Positions 27,184 through 37,294 of a stretch of DNA of 64,000 bases are shown here, piece after piece (the stretch's first letter is position 1; every line of letters begins with the position of its first letter). This stretch comes from Nemertoderma westbladi (lineage: Eukaryota; Animalia; Xenacoelomorpha). Where the stretch lies: contig JAUCBJ010009146.1 in the NCBI GenBank assembly GCA_032718475.1, positions 1-64,000 on the forward strand, in the 5' to 3' direction. The notes under the pieces were generated by a model. It had not been told where the DNA came from, did no database searches, and saw only the letters and a list, made by a program, of their open reading frames with translations. Made by a program: the position numbers and the translations under genes.

Positions 27184-27547
27184 CAATATTTGTGAAATTG
27201 ATTAACTAAAAATATAATTATAATCTAGTTAAATATGTTCTGGATTTGGACTGGACAAAGTCCTGTTTATATTAAATATTTAGTTAAAGTATAATTAAAT
27301 ATTCTATAACTAAATTATTATTTTTATGGAAAACAACAATTATTATACCACTGAAATATTAATTATTTTTTGTGAATAAATTATTGTAAATCGATTTATT
27401 TATATATTTTTTAATACGAAAATATTTATAAGTTTTATTATATTATTTGGCTTAGTTTCCCGGGAAATAATATTATATACCCGGATTATCGAATCAAAAC
27501 AAACAACTATAATATTGGCACCGAATTAAACCGCTAAACAATTGGAA

Positions 27548-29002
27548 TCAAAAGAACTTTTTATTAGAAATATCTTTGCTGGTTTTATAGACGTAGAAAG
27601 CGATAAAACCGGAGAGTTGGAGGACGATGAAAAGGATGAAATAAAACTGAGACAGACAGTCGGGAGGGTCTGGGACCGGGCAGCGAGGGGCCGGCTTGTT
27701 AACCAGTCTGGAGACCTCCTGTCTCAGTTGCGAGATCCAATCCCTGAGCTCGGCGTCCGGAGCCGTCCCGGACGCCGGACGCTCGGTGACCGAACGCTGT
27801 TGGACGTCCCGGATGTTATTGGATTTCGTTTGGACGTCCAGAACGACGGATCTAATCTCCTTGACCCACTGGACCAGGTCGTTCTGATTACGGAGCATCG
27901 CCTCCACCTCGTGGCGTTGTATCCCGGACACACCGCCGGACACCTCCAGTAACCGAGCCTGCTGCCCCCGGATGGCGTCCAGCTTCTCTCCGACCTCGGA
28001 AATCGACCCGAACAACCGCGATTGCCCGTTAAAGATCTGCCCGAGTTGCCTCTCCGTCCGATCTTCGAACTCTCCTTCATCTTCCCGGAAACGTTCCGGA
28101 TTTTTCTCTCGGAATTCGTCTTTCTGTTTCTGCAACTTCTCTTGGTAACCTTCGAATTCCTCCTGGTATTTTTTCTCTTCGCGCTCTGTAATATCTTCGG
28201 ATCCTTTATTAGGAGGTTTATAATCCGCGGATTTAATTAAACTCGTCGTTAAGAATGAGAAAACATCGTGATCGTCTGCTAAACCGCCGGTAGCCGCGGA
28301 AATACCGAAATATCCGTCGCTCGGAAGTTGGACTTCCTTTACTCGGAAGCACAACTCCCAATGCGGGGGCCCGTCGGACAACCCGTTGTGGGTCCAAACC
28401 GAAAGGAAGTTGTCGAGGTACTCGACTCGGAGTTTAACCGGATACGGTTTGTTCCGGTAATCTACCGTGCAGGGCCCTCCTGTGAGGGAAGCGGAGCCGT
28501 CCGTAGCGGAATCGTATAGGCGCGTGCCGTCGTTAACGATCGCGAGAATACTGGGGTTGTTACCCCGGCGGTCGTTATCGTACGAGTCCATAAAGACGGC
28601 GAGGCCGCGCCATTTATCGGAGGATCCGAATACAGGGCCTTCCGTTCCCGGGGACGCGGTGTACCACAGCGCGAGTCCATCCGCCCCGACCCGCCCCCGG
28701 CCGCTCACCCGGAAGGCGAGTTCAACCTCCCACCACGCGGATATATTGTAGGGGTTTTTGTTCCAGACGAATCCGCGCTGTGAGCGCAGACTCGGGGCCA
28801 CACGTATGGATTCCGAGGTGGGTATCGCGTGGCCCCCGTGCGTCCAGAAAGGAATTTTATTGTCTTTTAGGATCAGGTTGGGGCCCTTAAAGCTGAATTT
28901 GTATTCGAAACGTCTGTGAACGTCCTGAACATTGACAGCGCTCAAGGCGGGGAATATTAAATTAATAAACGGCAGAAGATAAATAAAAGAAGGTAGATAC
29001 AT
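27548..29002 (-). CDS. LMAN1: ERGIC-53 / lectin mannose-binding 1, intronless CDS, 484 aa
   Basis: Signal peptide, L-type lectin domain (RRFEYKFSFKGP, GRVGADGLALWY, SAATGGLADDHDV), coiled-coil stalk, C-x7-C, TM helix and C-terminal KKFF cycling motif. ATG at 29002. Confidence 0.96.
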   Translation of the reverse strand: MYLPSFIYLLPFINLIFPALSAVNVQDVHRRFEYKFSFKGPNLILKDNKIPFWTHGGHAIPTSESIRVAPSLRSQRGFVWNKNPYNISAWWEVELAFRVSGRGRVGADGLALWYTASPGTEGPVFGSSDKWRGLAVFMDSYDNDRRGNNPSILAIVNDGTRLYDSATDGSASLTGGPCTVDYRNKPYPVKLRVEYLDNFLSVWTHNGLSDGPPHWELCFRVKEVQLPSDGYFGISAATGGLADDHDVFSFLTTSLIKSADYKPPNKGSEDITEREEKKYQEEFEGYQEKLQKQKDEFREKNPERFREDEGEFEDRTERQLGQIFNGQSRLFGSISEVGEKLDAIRGQQARLLEVSGGVSGIQRHEVEAMLRNQNDLVQWVKEIRSVVLDVQTKSNNIRDVQQRSVTERPASGTAPDAELRDWISQLRQEVSRLVNKPAPRCPVPDPPDCLSQFYFILFIVLQLSGFIAFYVYKTSKDISNKKFF

Positions 29003-30061
29003 CGCGTAACTCAGTATTTCCAATTTCTGTAGGCCTATACCAGTATACTGCTACAGTGCTCTATCAGTCTATGCCTGTATGCTGCTGTGTGCTAGTATGT
29101 AGGCCTACACAGCTACAGTCTTACCGTACCGGTACCTGTCTGAAGTCTGGCAGTCAGGTTTTAGACCCGTACAGCAGTAGGCAGGGAAGAGGGGACTGCA
29201 GGACTGCTGGCAGCTAGAGCAATAGGTACTGCAATAGGCTGATAGGCAAGTTGAGTTGAGTGTTAAGTCTGCTCTTCTCAGCTTCTGAAATACTACAGTA
29301 CTACAGACTGTCTGACTCACTGACTGTGGTATTGGTATTGGTATTGGTTTAATGGTGCTCAAAGTATAACATTAAAAGGAACATTAAAATAACACAATTA
29401 TTAAATAACAACAAACATTACATAAGGAACAATAAGGAACATAAGGAACAATATCAAAACTGAAACTGAAGTTATGTTATTATAAATTTGACGCTATAAA
29501 AATGTTATTATGTATTATAGTTATTACTCAATCAGAATGCTTATAATAAATACATTGCGCACCGGGGATAGCCCCTTAAGGCGAGCCTTGTTTCCGAGAG
29601 GGTCCCCGTGGTTAGTTCAATGGGTAAATTATACAGTATAATAAAGATTCGGCGTCATGTATAAAACAATAAAAAAAAATAAATAAATGAGGTTTCAGGT
29701 GCATGAATAATTAAAATATTACATTCTTTAGAACTATGATAAGTATTAAAAAAAAAAAAATAGTTTATTAATATTTACATTAATGCATAAAATTTTTAAA
29801 AAGCCATCCTCATGTGCGTACGTAGATTAAAATATTTGGTAAAATTTACCATTGAAGTGTAGTAGCTTCAGTAAAAATTAAAATCAGTATTTCTCCCCTT
29901 AAATATCTCTCGCAAAATAAAAAATGGGGATGCTTTGTACAAAAATTAAAACTTGTTATGATTAGTTATTTTAGAGTTTTGAGATGTAATAGATCATTAA
30001 TAGTATAAAAAAAATTAAACGCTAATAATTAGTAAAAAGTATAATTAAAATCAGTGAATTG

Positions 30062-33000
30062 TCAATCGAGCGAGCGTAGGTAATGCGATTTTACTGCATG
30101 TTTGAATGCCTCGACAGATACTGACTCGGTTACGTGGCGCGGCAGGCTATTCCAGATCGCTGGGCCCTTATAGTCAAAGGAGAGCTGGCCAAATGCGGTG
30201 TTTTTCTGTGGGATGACCGCTTTAGTTTGGGGGGCGCGCGTGTCACGTGTGGATGAGGAGAAGTCCACCATTTCCTGTATATAGCTCGGGGTGACGTTAT
30301 GGTGAGTTTTGTACATGATAGTTGCCAGGTTTTGTTTAATTCGTAGTTTAATGGGTAGCCAGTTAATTTCTCGAAAGTGTGAATTGTCGATGTGGGTGCG
30401 ATTGTCCAGTCCCAGGCAATACCGGATACATTTCCGTTGTAGGGCCTCCAGTTTGTTTCTCCATAGGATACTAATAGATTGGAACCACACTGGTGATGCA
30501 TAGTCCATTAGTGGTTGTATTAATGCATTGCATAGTAGGCGGCGTGTATTGTAGTCTAGTACACCGGCAAATCGCCACAGGAACTTTAACCGAGAGTTGC
30601 CTTTCTTTATTATTGTTGCAACCATCGATTCACTGTTTAGAGTTTTATCTAATTTGCAACCGAGGTAGTTGACCGAGTCCCTGTTCGCTATTGCTTTCCC
30701 ATTGCATGTCACATTTAGTGGTTCGTTTATGGCTAAACGTTGTGCTGTTCCAAATAGGATACTTTCGGTTTTACCTAAATGGAGAGTTAGGCGGTTGTCT
30801 ATGAGCCATGCTTGGGTGCATTCTAGATTCCGTGTTAGTGATTCCGATATGGTTCTTGAGTCTGAGCCAGGGACTAAGTGCGATATGTCGTCTGCGAACA
30901 TCGGGGTGGGGCAATCAACGGCTTGGTCCGAGTCATTGGTGTGTGAGAGGAAAAGTAGGATCGCTAAGAGAGTTCCTTGTGGTAAACCGTCATCCAGCGT
31001 GCGTTGATCTGAGTCAACCCCCTGTATGGTTACAACTTGGGATCTGCTTGATAGATAGGATTCAAGCCACGCTATTGCTTTGTTGTCAAAGCCCATGTAT
31101 TTCAGTTTCATCAATAGTATGTTGCGATTCACCGTATCATAAGCTTTCTTGAGGTCTATTAACACCATCCCTGTTAACTGGCCACCATCTGCTGCTGATC
31201 GGATGACAGTGTCTATAAATATCAAGCATGTTTCCGTTGAATAGCCTTTACGAAAGGCACTTTGAAGTGCAGATATGATAGAGTTTGATATCAAGTAATG
31301 GTACATCTGATCGTAGATTACTTTTTCTATAATCTTGGAGAGAATAGGTAGTAGAGACACTGGTCTGAAGTTTTCACGTTGAGTTTGTGTGCCCCTTTTA
31401 TAGATTGGTGCCACTTTGGCTAGTTTCATAGCTGAGGGAAATTTACATGTTGTTATGGAGATATTTATAATGTGAGTAATTGCTTTTGTCAGCTCAGTGG
31501 AACAGTCCTTATATATTTTTGCTGGTATACCATCAATGCCGGGACTTTTATCGGGATTAAGGTCGCATAAGATACGAGAAACCACATCCTCTTCAGTTTG
31601 TTTTAGAGTAAAGCTATCTTTAGTTATTCCCTTAGATTCATAGTATCTGGCAACTGCAGCCTCACCAAAGCGACCTGTAGGTGGCGGTAATTGGGTTTCC
31701 AATTCATTAGCAACACCAGTGAAGTATTCGTTAAACGCATCAGCTATTTGTCTAGGGTCAGAAACTAGTTCGGTTCCATTATTGATTGTAAGTGGTCCAT
31801 TTGATTGGCCTTTCTTTGATGGTAAGCCGAGGTTTTTGAGGGTCTTCCATAATTGTTTAGAGTTAGTTCTGTTCTCCTTAATTTGTTCTCGTATGTATGT
31901 CTGTTTAGTTTCCTTTATGAGTTTGGTGGTGTCATTCCTGATTCTCTTGTAATTTGTTTCATTTTCTTCAGTGCGATATTTTCTTGCTGTGGTTAAGGCT
32001 TTATTCCTCATAGTTATAGTGTGTAGAAGATTTGGAGTTAGCCAGGGTTCGGTATGAGTTTTGATTCTGATATCCCGTTTCGGTGCTATAGTGTTGAGGA
32101 TATTTAAAATCTCAGAGTTTAGAATGTCCACGGCTTCATCCACGTCATTTATATTGCCAATGTTATTAATTTTACTATTGTTCACAATCATTTCCTTTAG
32201 TTTTGGTATGGAGTAGTCTCTGTATGTTCTAGCTCGGATTATTTTTGGTATGTATTTATGGTTTTTAATTTTCTTCCTGGTGACATATACGATGTAATGA
32301 TCACTAATGCCGACTTCTATTACTCCAGATGCTGTAACTTTATTTTCCAGTGCTGAAGTATAAATGTGATCGATAATGGTAGAAGATATCTCAGTAACAC
32401 GGGTTGGGTCCTTGATTATTTGTTTAAGTCCAGTAGAGGCACAGAATGAGTCAACTATGTTTTTATTGCTTCGGTCATTACTAGATATGTCTGCATTGAC
32501 GTCTCCAAGGATATAAATTTCTTTATGGTTAGATACCGTTCCAATAAAAGATTCTAAGGATTTGAAGAATTGAGTTATAGATGACTCTGGAGGTCGATAT
32601 ACCGATCCAATGAGGATTTCTTTGGTGTAGGGCATAATGAGAGTTCCAAATACCCCTTCAATATCCATTTGATTCAGTGAAATGCAGGCATTAAATACCA
32701 AATCGTCTCTAGTATATATTGCAACCCCTCCCCATCCATTCTCATTTCTATCCTTCCTGGTAATTTTATACCCTATGATTTCGACTTCTTTGTCAGATAC
32801 TGAGTCATCCAACCACGTTTCAGATACAGTTAGTATGTGTATTCGAGTATATAGTAGGATCAGTTTCAGTTCTGTTAGTTTTGGTAATAAACTTCTAACA
32901 TTGAGGTGTAGCATGTGTATTCCTGGTTTTTCGAATATGGGAGTCCATGGGTATATCAGGGTGCCGGTGCTTGGAGGGGGTGAATTTTGGTGTATGTCGT

Positions 33001-33070
33001 CAGTTGAGATTGACGGATTGTGATTTTGCTCTGTAGTTTGGTTATGAGTTTGGGTTTGAATGTTAGGTAG
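30062..33070 (-). CDS. LINE ORF2, APE endonuclease + reverse transcriptase (first ATG 32914; frame open from 33070)
   Basis: HLNVRSL, SETWL, YRPP, GDVN, IDHI and SDHY endonuclease motifs. NFRPVSLL, DLKKAYDTV, GLPQG and FADD RT motifs. Confidence 0.95.
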   Translation of the reverse strand, partial: LPNIQTQTHNQTTEQNHNPSISTDDIHQNSPPPSTGTLIYPWTPIFEKPGIHMLHLNVRSLLPKLTELKLILLYTRIHILTVSETWLDDSVSDKEVEIIGYKITRKDRNENGWGGVAIYTRDDLVFNACISLNQMDIEGVFGTLIMPYTKEILIGSVYRPPESSITQFFKSLESFIGTVSNHKEIYILGDVNADISSNDRSNKNIVDSFCASTGLKQIIKDPTRVTEISSTIIDHIYTSALENKVTASGVIEVGISDHYIVYVTRKKIKNHKYIPKIIRARTYRDYSIPKLKEMIVNNSKINNIGNINDVDEAVDILNSEILNILNTIAPKRDIRIKTHTEPWLTPNLLHTITMRNKALTTARKYRTEENETNYKRIRNDTTKLIKETKQTYIREQIKENRTNSKQLWKTLKNLGLPSKKGQSNGPLTINNGTELVSDPRQIADAFNEYFTGVANELETQLPPPTGRFGEAAVARYYESKGITKDSFTLKQTEEDVVSRILCDLNPDKSPGIDGIPAKIYKDCSTELTKAITHIINISITTCKFPSAMKLAKVAPIYKRGTQTQRENFRPVSLLPILSKIIEKVIYDQMYHYLISNSIISALQSAFRKGYSTETCLIFIDTVIRSAADGGQLTGMVLIDLKKAYDTVNRNILLMKLKYMGFDNKAIAWLESYLSSRSQVVTIQGVDSDQRTLDDGLPQGTLLAILLFLSHTNDSDQAVDCPTPMFADDISHLVPGSDSRTISESLTRNLECTQAWLIDNRLTLHLGKTESILFGTAQRLAINEPLNVTCNGKAIANRDSVNYLGCKLDKTLNSESMVATIIKKGNSRLKFLWRFAGVLDYNTRRLLCNALIQPLMDYASPVWFQSISILWRNKLEALQRKCIRYCLGLDNRTHIDNSHFREINWLPIKLRIKQNLATIMYKTHHNVTPSYIQEMVDFSSSTRDTRAPQTKAVIPQKNTAFGQLSFDYKGPAIWNSLPRHVTESVSVEAFKHAVKSHYLRSLD

Positions 33071-34171
33071 TCAATCCATTGTTTCTGCATCTGTTGGAGA
33101 TGGGTGATTGGATGAGCGCCTAGGTAATGAAATTTTTGCGGCGTCACTGATGGCTCCCCTGTATATAACCCAGTTCTTATTAGGTTCGGCAGATTGTTTG
33201 GCCCGGCGTTGTTCGCGAAGTTCATACTGTAGTTTTCGTTCTGACGCCGTGTAGTCAGGGGTGATGTAGACATTTTGGTAGTGTTCTGATTGTCTTAAGT
33301 TTCGAGCACTTCTAAGTAGTTCCATTCGTTTTTCAATGGGCAAGGTTACAACAATAGACTGTGTTCCATTGTTTTTTGGTTTCCCAACTCTTCTTGTTTT
33401 TATGTCTTGTTTAAGTATAATAACGTTTACTGAATTAGCTATATCAGCAATCAATGTCTCATCATCAGTGACCGCAGGTGTAGTTCCACTTACTAGAAGA
33501 TTTCTCTTGCGTTTATTTTGTTCTGATTCCTCATCTTTCAGCATTCTAGCAAGTAGAGCTACATTATTGGAAGGTTCATTTTTGTTTTGTTTCAGGGCCG
33601 CAGCGTAGTTCATTGGTTGTCCACATGGGACAGTGGCTGGTTTCTCCGTTGTTTCTTTAAGTTTCAAGTTTATATCGGATTGGTTAGATTCGATATCCTT
33701 TAACTTATATTCAATATCACTCTGTAAAGAAGCTATTGTTTCACTTGCCAGGTATGTATCTTCCTTTATGCGATGTTCGAGATTGTCAATTTGTTGTTGG
33801 AAATCTAGGAATTGCTGATCGGTTAGAGACTTATGTTTCTCGAGATCTTTGTTAACCTGAGTCAGTTGTTTTCCCATACAACGTCCACAGCGAAAGTCAA
33901 CATGTCCGAAGTCTGTTCCTGATTTGGCTATACATATCATAAATATGTCACAGCTTGTTCCAGAGCAGCCAACTTCTATCTCAGTGTACCCGTCATCGCG
34001 TTTCGATTGAGTTGGTGTTATACCTGTACTGGTCAATGGCTTACCGATTTTCGGATTTGGAGACCCGTTATTTGGTCTTGTAGCCCTAGTAGTAACGCTG
34101 TTTCGGCGGTTGTTATTCCTTTGTATTTCAACATCGTTGGTTCTGTCGTTTCGGTTTCGTTGTGAAGACAT
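33071..34171 (-). CDS. LINE ORF1 (Cys cluster, coiled coil, RRM/CTD-like), 366 aa
   Basis: ATG at 34171. CxxxxC...CxxC, coiled coil, then KRKRNLLVSG...RRVGK...VYITPDYTASER typical of CR1/L2-group ORF1. Confidence 0.85.
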   Translation of the reverse strand: MSSQRNRNDRTNDVEIQRNNNRRNSVTTRATRPNNGSPNPKIGKPLTSTGITPTQSKRDDGYTEIEVGCSGTSCDIFMICIAKSGTDFGHVDFRCGRCMGKQLTQVNKDLEKHKSLTDQQFLDFQQQIDNLEHRIKEDTYLASETIASLQSDIEYKLKDIESNQSDINLKLKETTEKPATVPCGQPMNYAAALKQNKNEPSNNVALLARMLKDEESEQNKRKRNLLVSGTTPAVTDDETLIADIANSVNVIILKQDIKTRRVGKPKNNGTQSIVVTLPIEKRMELLRSARNLRQSEHYQNVYITPDYTASERKLQYELREQRRAKQSAEPNKNWVIYRGAISDAAKISLPRRSSNHPSPTDAETMD

Positions 34172-34684
34172 TTCACGGTTCTTTATTAAAGTGATTGCCG
34201 AGTAATTTTTATACCAAATACCAATAAACCATATATCAATTATATAATATATAATGTTTATATACAATTATAGGCAGGCAGTTCAGCGCCGTATCGGTAC
34301 TGCAGTACTGGCTGCGGACTGCAGAAAAGAACAAAAATCAACTGTCAACTGTAGTTTGGCTGGTTGGTAGTACCGGAGGTTACAGGGTTACTGTGGTACG
34401 GTCAGACGGTCAAGGCCTACTACAGTCAGACAGTACTAGACAGCTAGAAGACTTCTAGTCTTCTAGTTATAGTACTGTAGTACCGGTACTGCAGTACTGT
34501 AGTAGGCCTAGGCGGTAGGCCTTGGGTACGGTCTGACGGTAGTCCCTACCGGTACTAAATTAATAAATAAAATGTGGCTCTAATCACTAATGGGCCACCA
34601 TACTGCAGTACAGTAGTAGTACTACTGTCTGACTGTACTAGTAAGAGTAACCATACAGTCCCAATCCCAATAAGCATTAACTTG

Positions 34685-35186
34685 GTCGCGGTGCGATGTA
34701 GGGATTAGGCTGTTAGGGGCGCGTCGCGTTTAACGCACAGACTCAGGCGTTGATCGATATCCTGATATCAGGTCAACCAACCTTGACGCCGAGTCTTACG
34801 CTAAACGTGCTCCTATGACCATTCTCGACAGTCAGGCAGCTCGAGGCTGCGGAAGATGAGAAGAAGCGGTTTTACGCGGCTGCTGTAGCAGCTCGTCACG
34901 GCGACTTCTCACCTTTCGTGGCTTCGTCTGTTCGTGTGACGGCACCGCAGGCGAACATGCTGCTCCGCATTATCGCCACCAAACTTCACAGCTCCTGGCT
35001 GCCTGGGGTAAACCCTACGCCACCGTCATGGGATGGGTCCCCACGCGAGTGCAGTTCGCCATTGTCCGCGTTACGTCCCACTGCCTGCGTTGATCTCGCA
35101 CGAGGTGGCGTAGCGGTCTGGGATTTGAGGACGGAGCCGGTCTTCCAACATTGGCCATGCAGCCATGTAAATAAAACTGTAAATAA
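34685..35186 (+). mobile_element. Degenerate 3' fragment of a CRE-like non-LTR element (restriction-like endonuclease)
   Basis: Frameshifted NLDAESYAKRAPMTIL...AAEDEKKRFYAAAVAARHGDFSPFVAS matches the RLE-domain pattern. Ends in an A-rich tail. Confidence 0.65.
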
Positions 35187-35359
35187 TATATTGTTGGACT
35201 TTTCCCGCTCCTACCTAAAAGTTTTTTTTTTTTTTAAAGTATGACAGTATGATTGCTTCCTGGTGGTGGGTATTAGAGCCATTGTTTGTTTTGTGTTTTA
35301 TATTGTTTGTATATGTTTGTTGTAATAATATACACTTAATTAATAAAAAAAAAATTAAC

Positions 35360-35515
35360 TTGGTCGTTTTGGCGGCCAAAATGACCAAAATCGCCAAAAA
35401 ATGGGGTACCTATAACTTTTCGCCGTATCCTTATCCGTATGCATTTGCCGTATGCATTTGCCGTATCCACATGCACATATGCGTTAGGTATGGCCGTATG
35501 GCAGTATGGTATAGT
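35360..35515. repeat. Dispersed repeat with an inverted partial copy at 42225-42348
   Basis: TATAACTTTTCGCCGTATCC...GTATGCATTTGCC here, and its reverse complement GGCAAATGCATACGGATACGGCGAAAAGTTATA near 42258-42290. Confidence 0.7.
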
Positions 35516-35975
35516 ACACATCTGTCATAGGGCTGGATTACTAATATTTATATTACACAGCTCCTCACATCAATGTAGGGTATATTATATTAACACATAC
35601 ATATGTTGTGTTGGGAAAGGGGGGGGGGGGGGGGGGTGTAATTCATCATACATCATCTGATTTATTCACAGGTTATTGTTAGGTCCAGTACTGCAGTAAA
35701 GTAAAGCTGTAGAATTTTAAAACAATCGCTGATTTACATTTTTCACTGTTGTAATTTATAAATATTTAAACATCTACCTATCAGTCTATAGTGGGCAAAG
35801 AACATATACAGTATATTTCTGTATTTAATTGTACATGTGATCATATTATACAAAAATATATTATGCCGATGTACTGTTAATATTACATAACTAAAATCTG
35901 CAATTTGGGTACCGGTACCTCGGACCAGAAGGCAGTATAATGCTGTAATGCCAGACAGGTAGGCCTACTTAAAAG

Positions 35976-36604
35976 CAGGGCTGGCAAAGTAGGTTTTTGT
36001 AAACCTAGGTTTTTGTCGATTTTTGTCAAAAACCTAAACTTTGAAAAAAGCCTAAAACTAGGTTTTTAGGTTTTTGATCACAAAAAAGAGCCAAATTGCT
36101 TGTATTTTGAAAATTTCTGATGACAAAAATATTTTGGTTTTATGCATGATACCCACAGACTAAAGTCTTTTGAGTTACTGTCTTTAACTAAGCCGACAAT
36201 AAAACCTCACTGCTGCACTGCTCGCAGCTGGAATGACTAATAGGCCTACTGTAATATTACCCTACCCGGTCCCCTTTTTAAAACAAAAATCAAATCGATT
36301 ATTTTAATATATTCAGATATTGTAGACTTACTACAGGTATCTACTGAACTACCAGTGCTGTATAAAATATAATCTTGAACAATTGCGGCCCCATATAAAT
36401 TATCTAACCATAAACGAATGAACTGATGAACCAATCAAGCTCAGGCAGTCAGGTCAATCTAATCAATCAATATGCAAATACAGCCTGAGAGAAATACTAC
36501 AAAAACCTAGAAATAACATTCAAAAGCTGCAAAAACCTAACAAGAACCTAAAACCTAATTTTTGTTTTGAAAAACCTACTGACCTAAGGTTTTTGCCAGC
36601 CCTG
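35976..36604. mobile_element. hAT-type MITE with 8-bp TSD
   Basis: TIRs CAGGGCTGGCAAA / TTTGCCAGCCCTG. Perfect TSD CTTAAAAG at 35968-35975 and 36605-36612. Subterminal AAAACCTA repeats. Confidence 0.92.
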
Positions 36605-37294
36605 CTTAAAAGTGATATGATTTAAAGAGTGCCGCTGCCGCTACCTAATGGCAAATAAACATTGTAGGACCAGGTTGAGTGACAGATGATGTCCTTCAGC
36701 CCCGGGATGCGCCACAGCGCTTGTTTTATTGTACTAACTGACACTGGCCGCCCGGTTGGACTTAGATTAATTACTGGCACCCGGTTGCACTCGCAGACAC
36801 ATGGTTTGACTAACTGGCACTAGGTTGGACTTGTAGGCACTTGGCTGCATATGGTTAACTATATAATGGCCCCGAAACAGCGAAAGTAAAGGTATATTAT
36901 ATGGGCAGTGATTTTTTATGTCCTTTTATTTGACTTTTTTGTCCTCCTTTTTTTACGAATTGTGCATAATGACTTTTGTTGTCCCTTTAATGACTTTTGT
37001 TGCCCTTTTAATGACTTTTTATGTATGTATTTCTTCAAACTGTCAGACTGCTGATTTCTGGACTGTCAGACAGTTGATTTCAACATCCCTATGCCAAAAC
37101 ATTCAAAATTTGTTGATTTCTGGTCTGTCGGACAGTTGGTTTCACTATGCCTGTGCCAAAACATATTCCATGATTCCATGATTTATAGACTATGAGATAG
37201 ATTTCCATATGCGCCTGTGGTAAAAGACTCTAAATTTAATAGTTTGTGGTTGTTGTCGATAATCGATTACCACATGACGTAGCAAAACACTCAT

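Larger units (their letters stand above)
29327..34290 (-). mobile_element. Full-length L2/Crack-like LINE (CR1 group), apparently intact
   Basis: ORF1 plus uninterrupted APE-RT ORF2, AT-rich 3'UTR with conserved stem-loop, and (ACCAAT)n tail at 29327-29350. The 5' boundary is approximate. Confidence 0.9.

Noticed and set aside
24640-27195. Repetitive GRCRYWKGG ORFs
   Set aside because: Products of the 20-bp repeat; TATTAG variants introduce stops at random.
29563-29608. LINE 3'UTR hairpin as a SECIS element decoding the in-frame UGA as selenocysteine
   Set aside because: No conserved AUGA/GA kink-turn core or apical AA arrangement across the three copies.
33071-33073. Genome-wide UGA reassignment as the explanation for the in-frame stop
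   Set aside because: LMAN1 ends in TGA directly after its terminal KKFF, and the FBG gene also ends in TGA, so UGA is a normal stop here.
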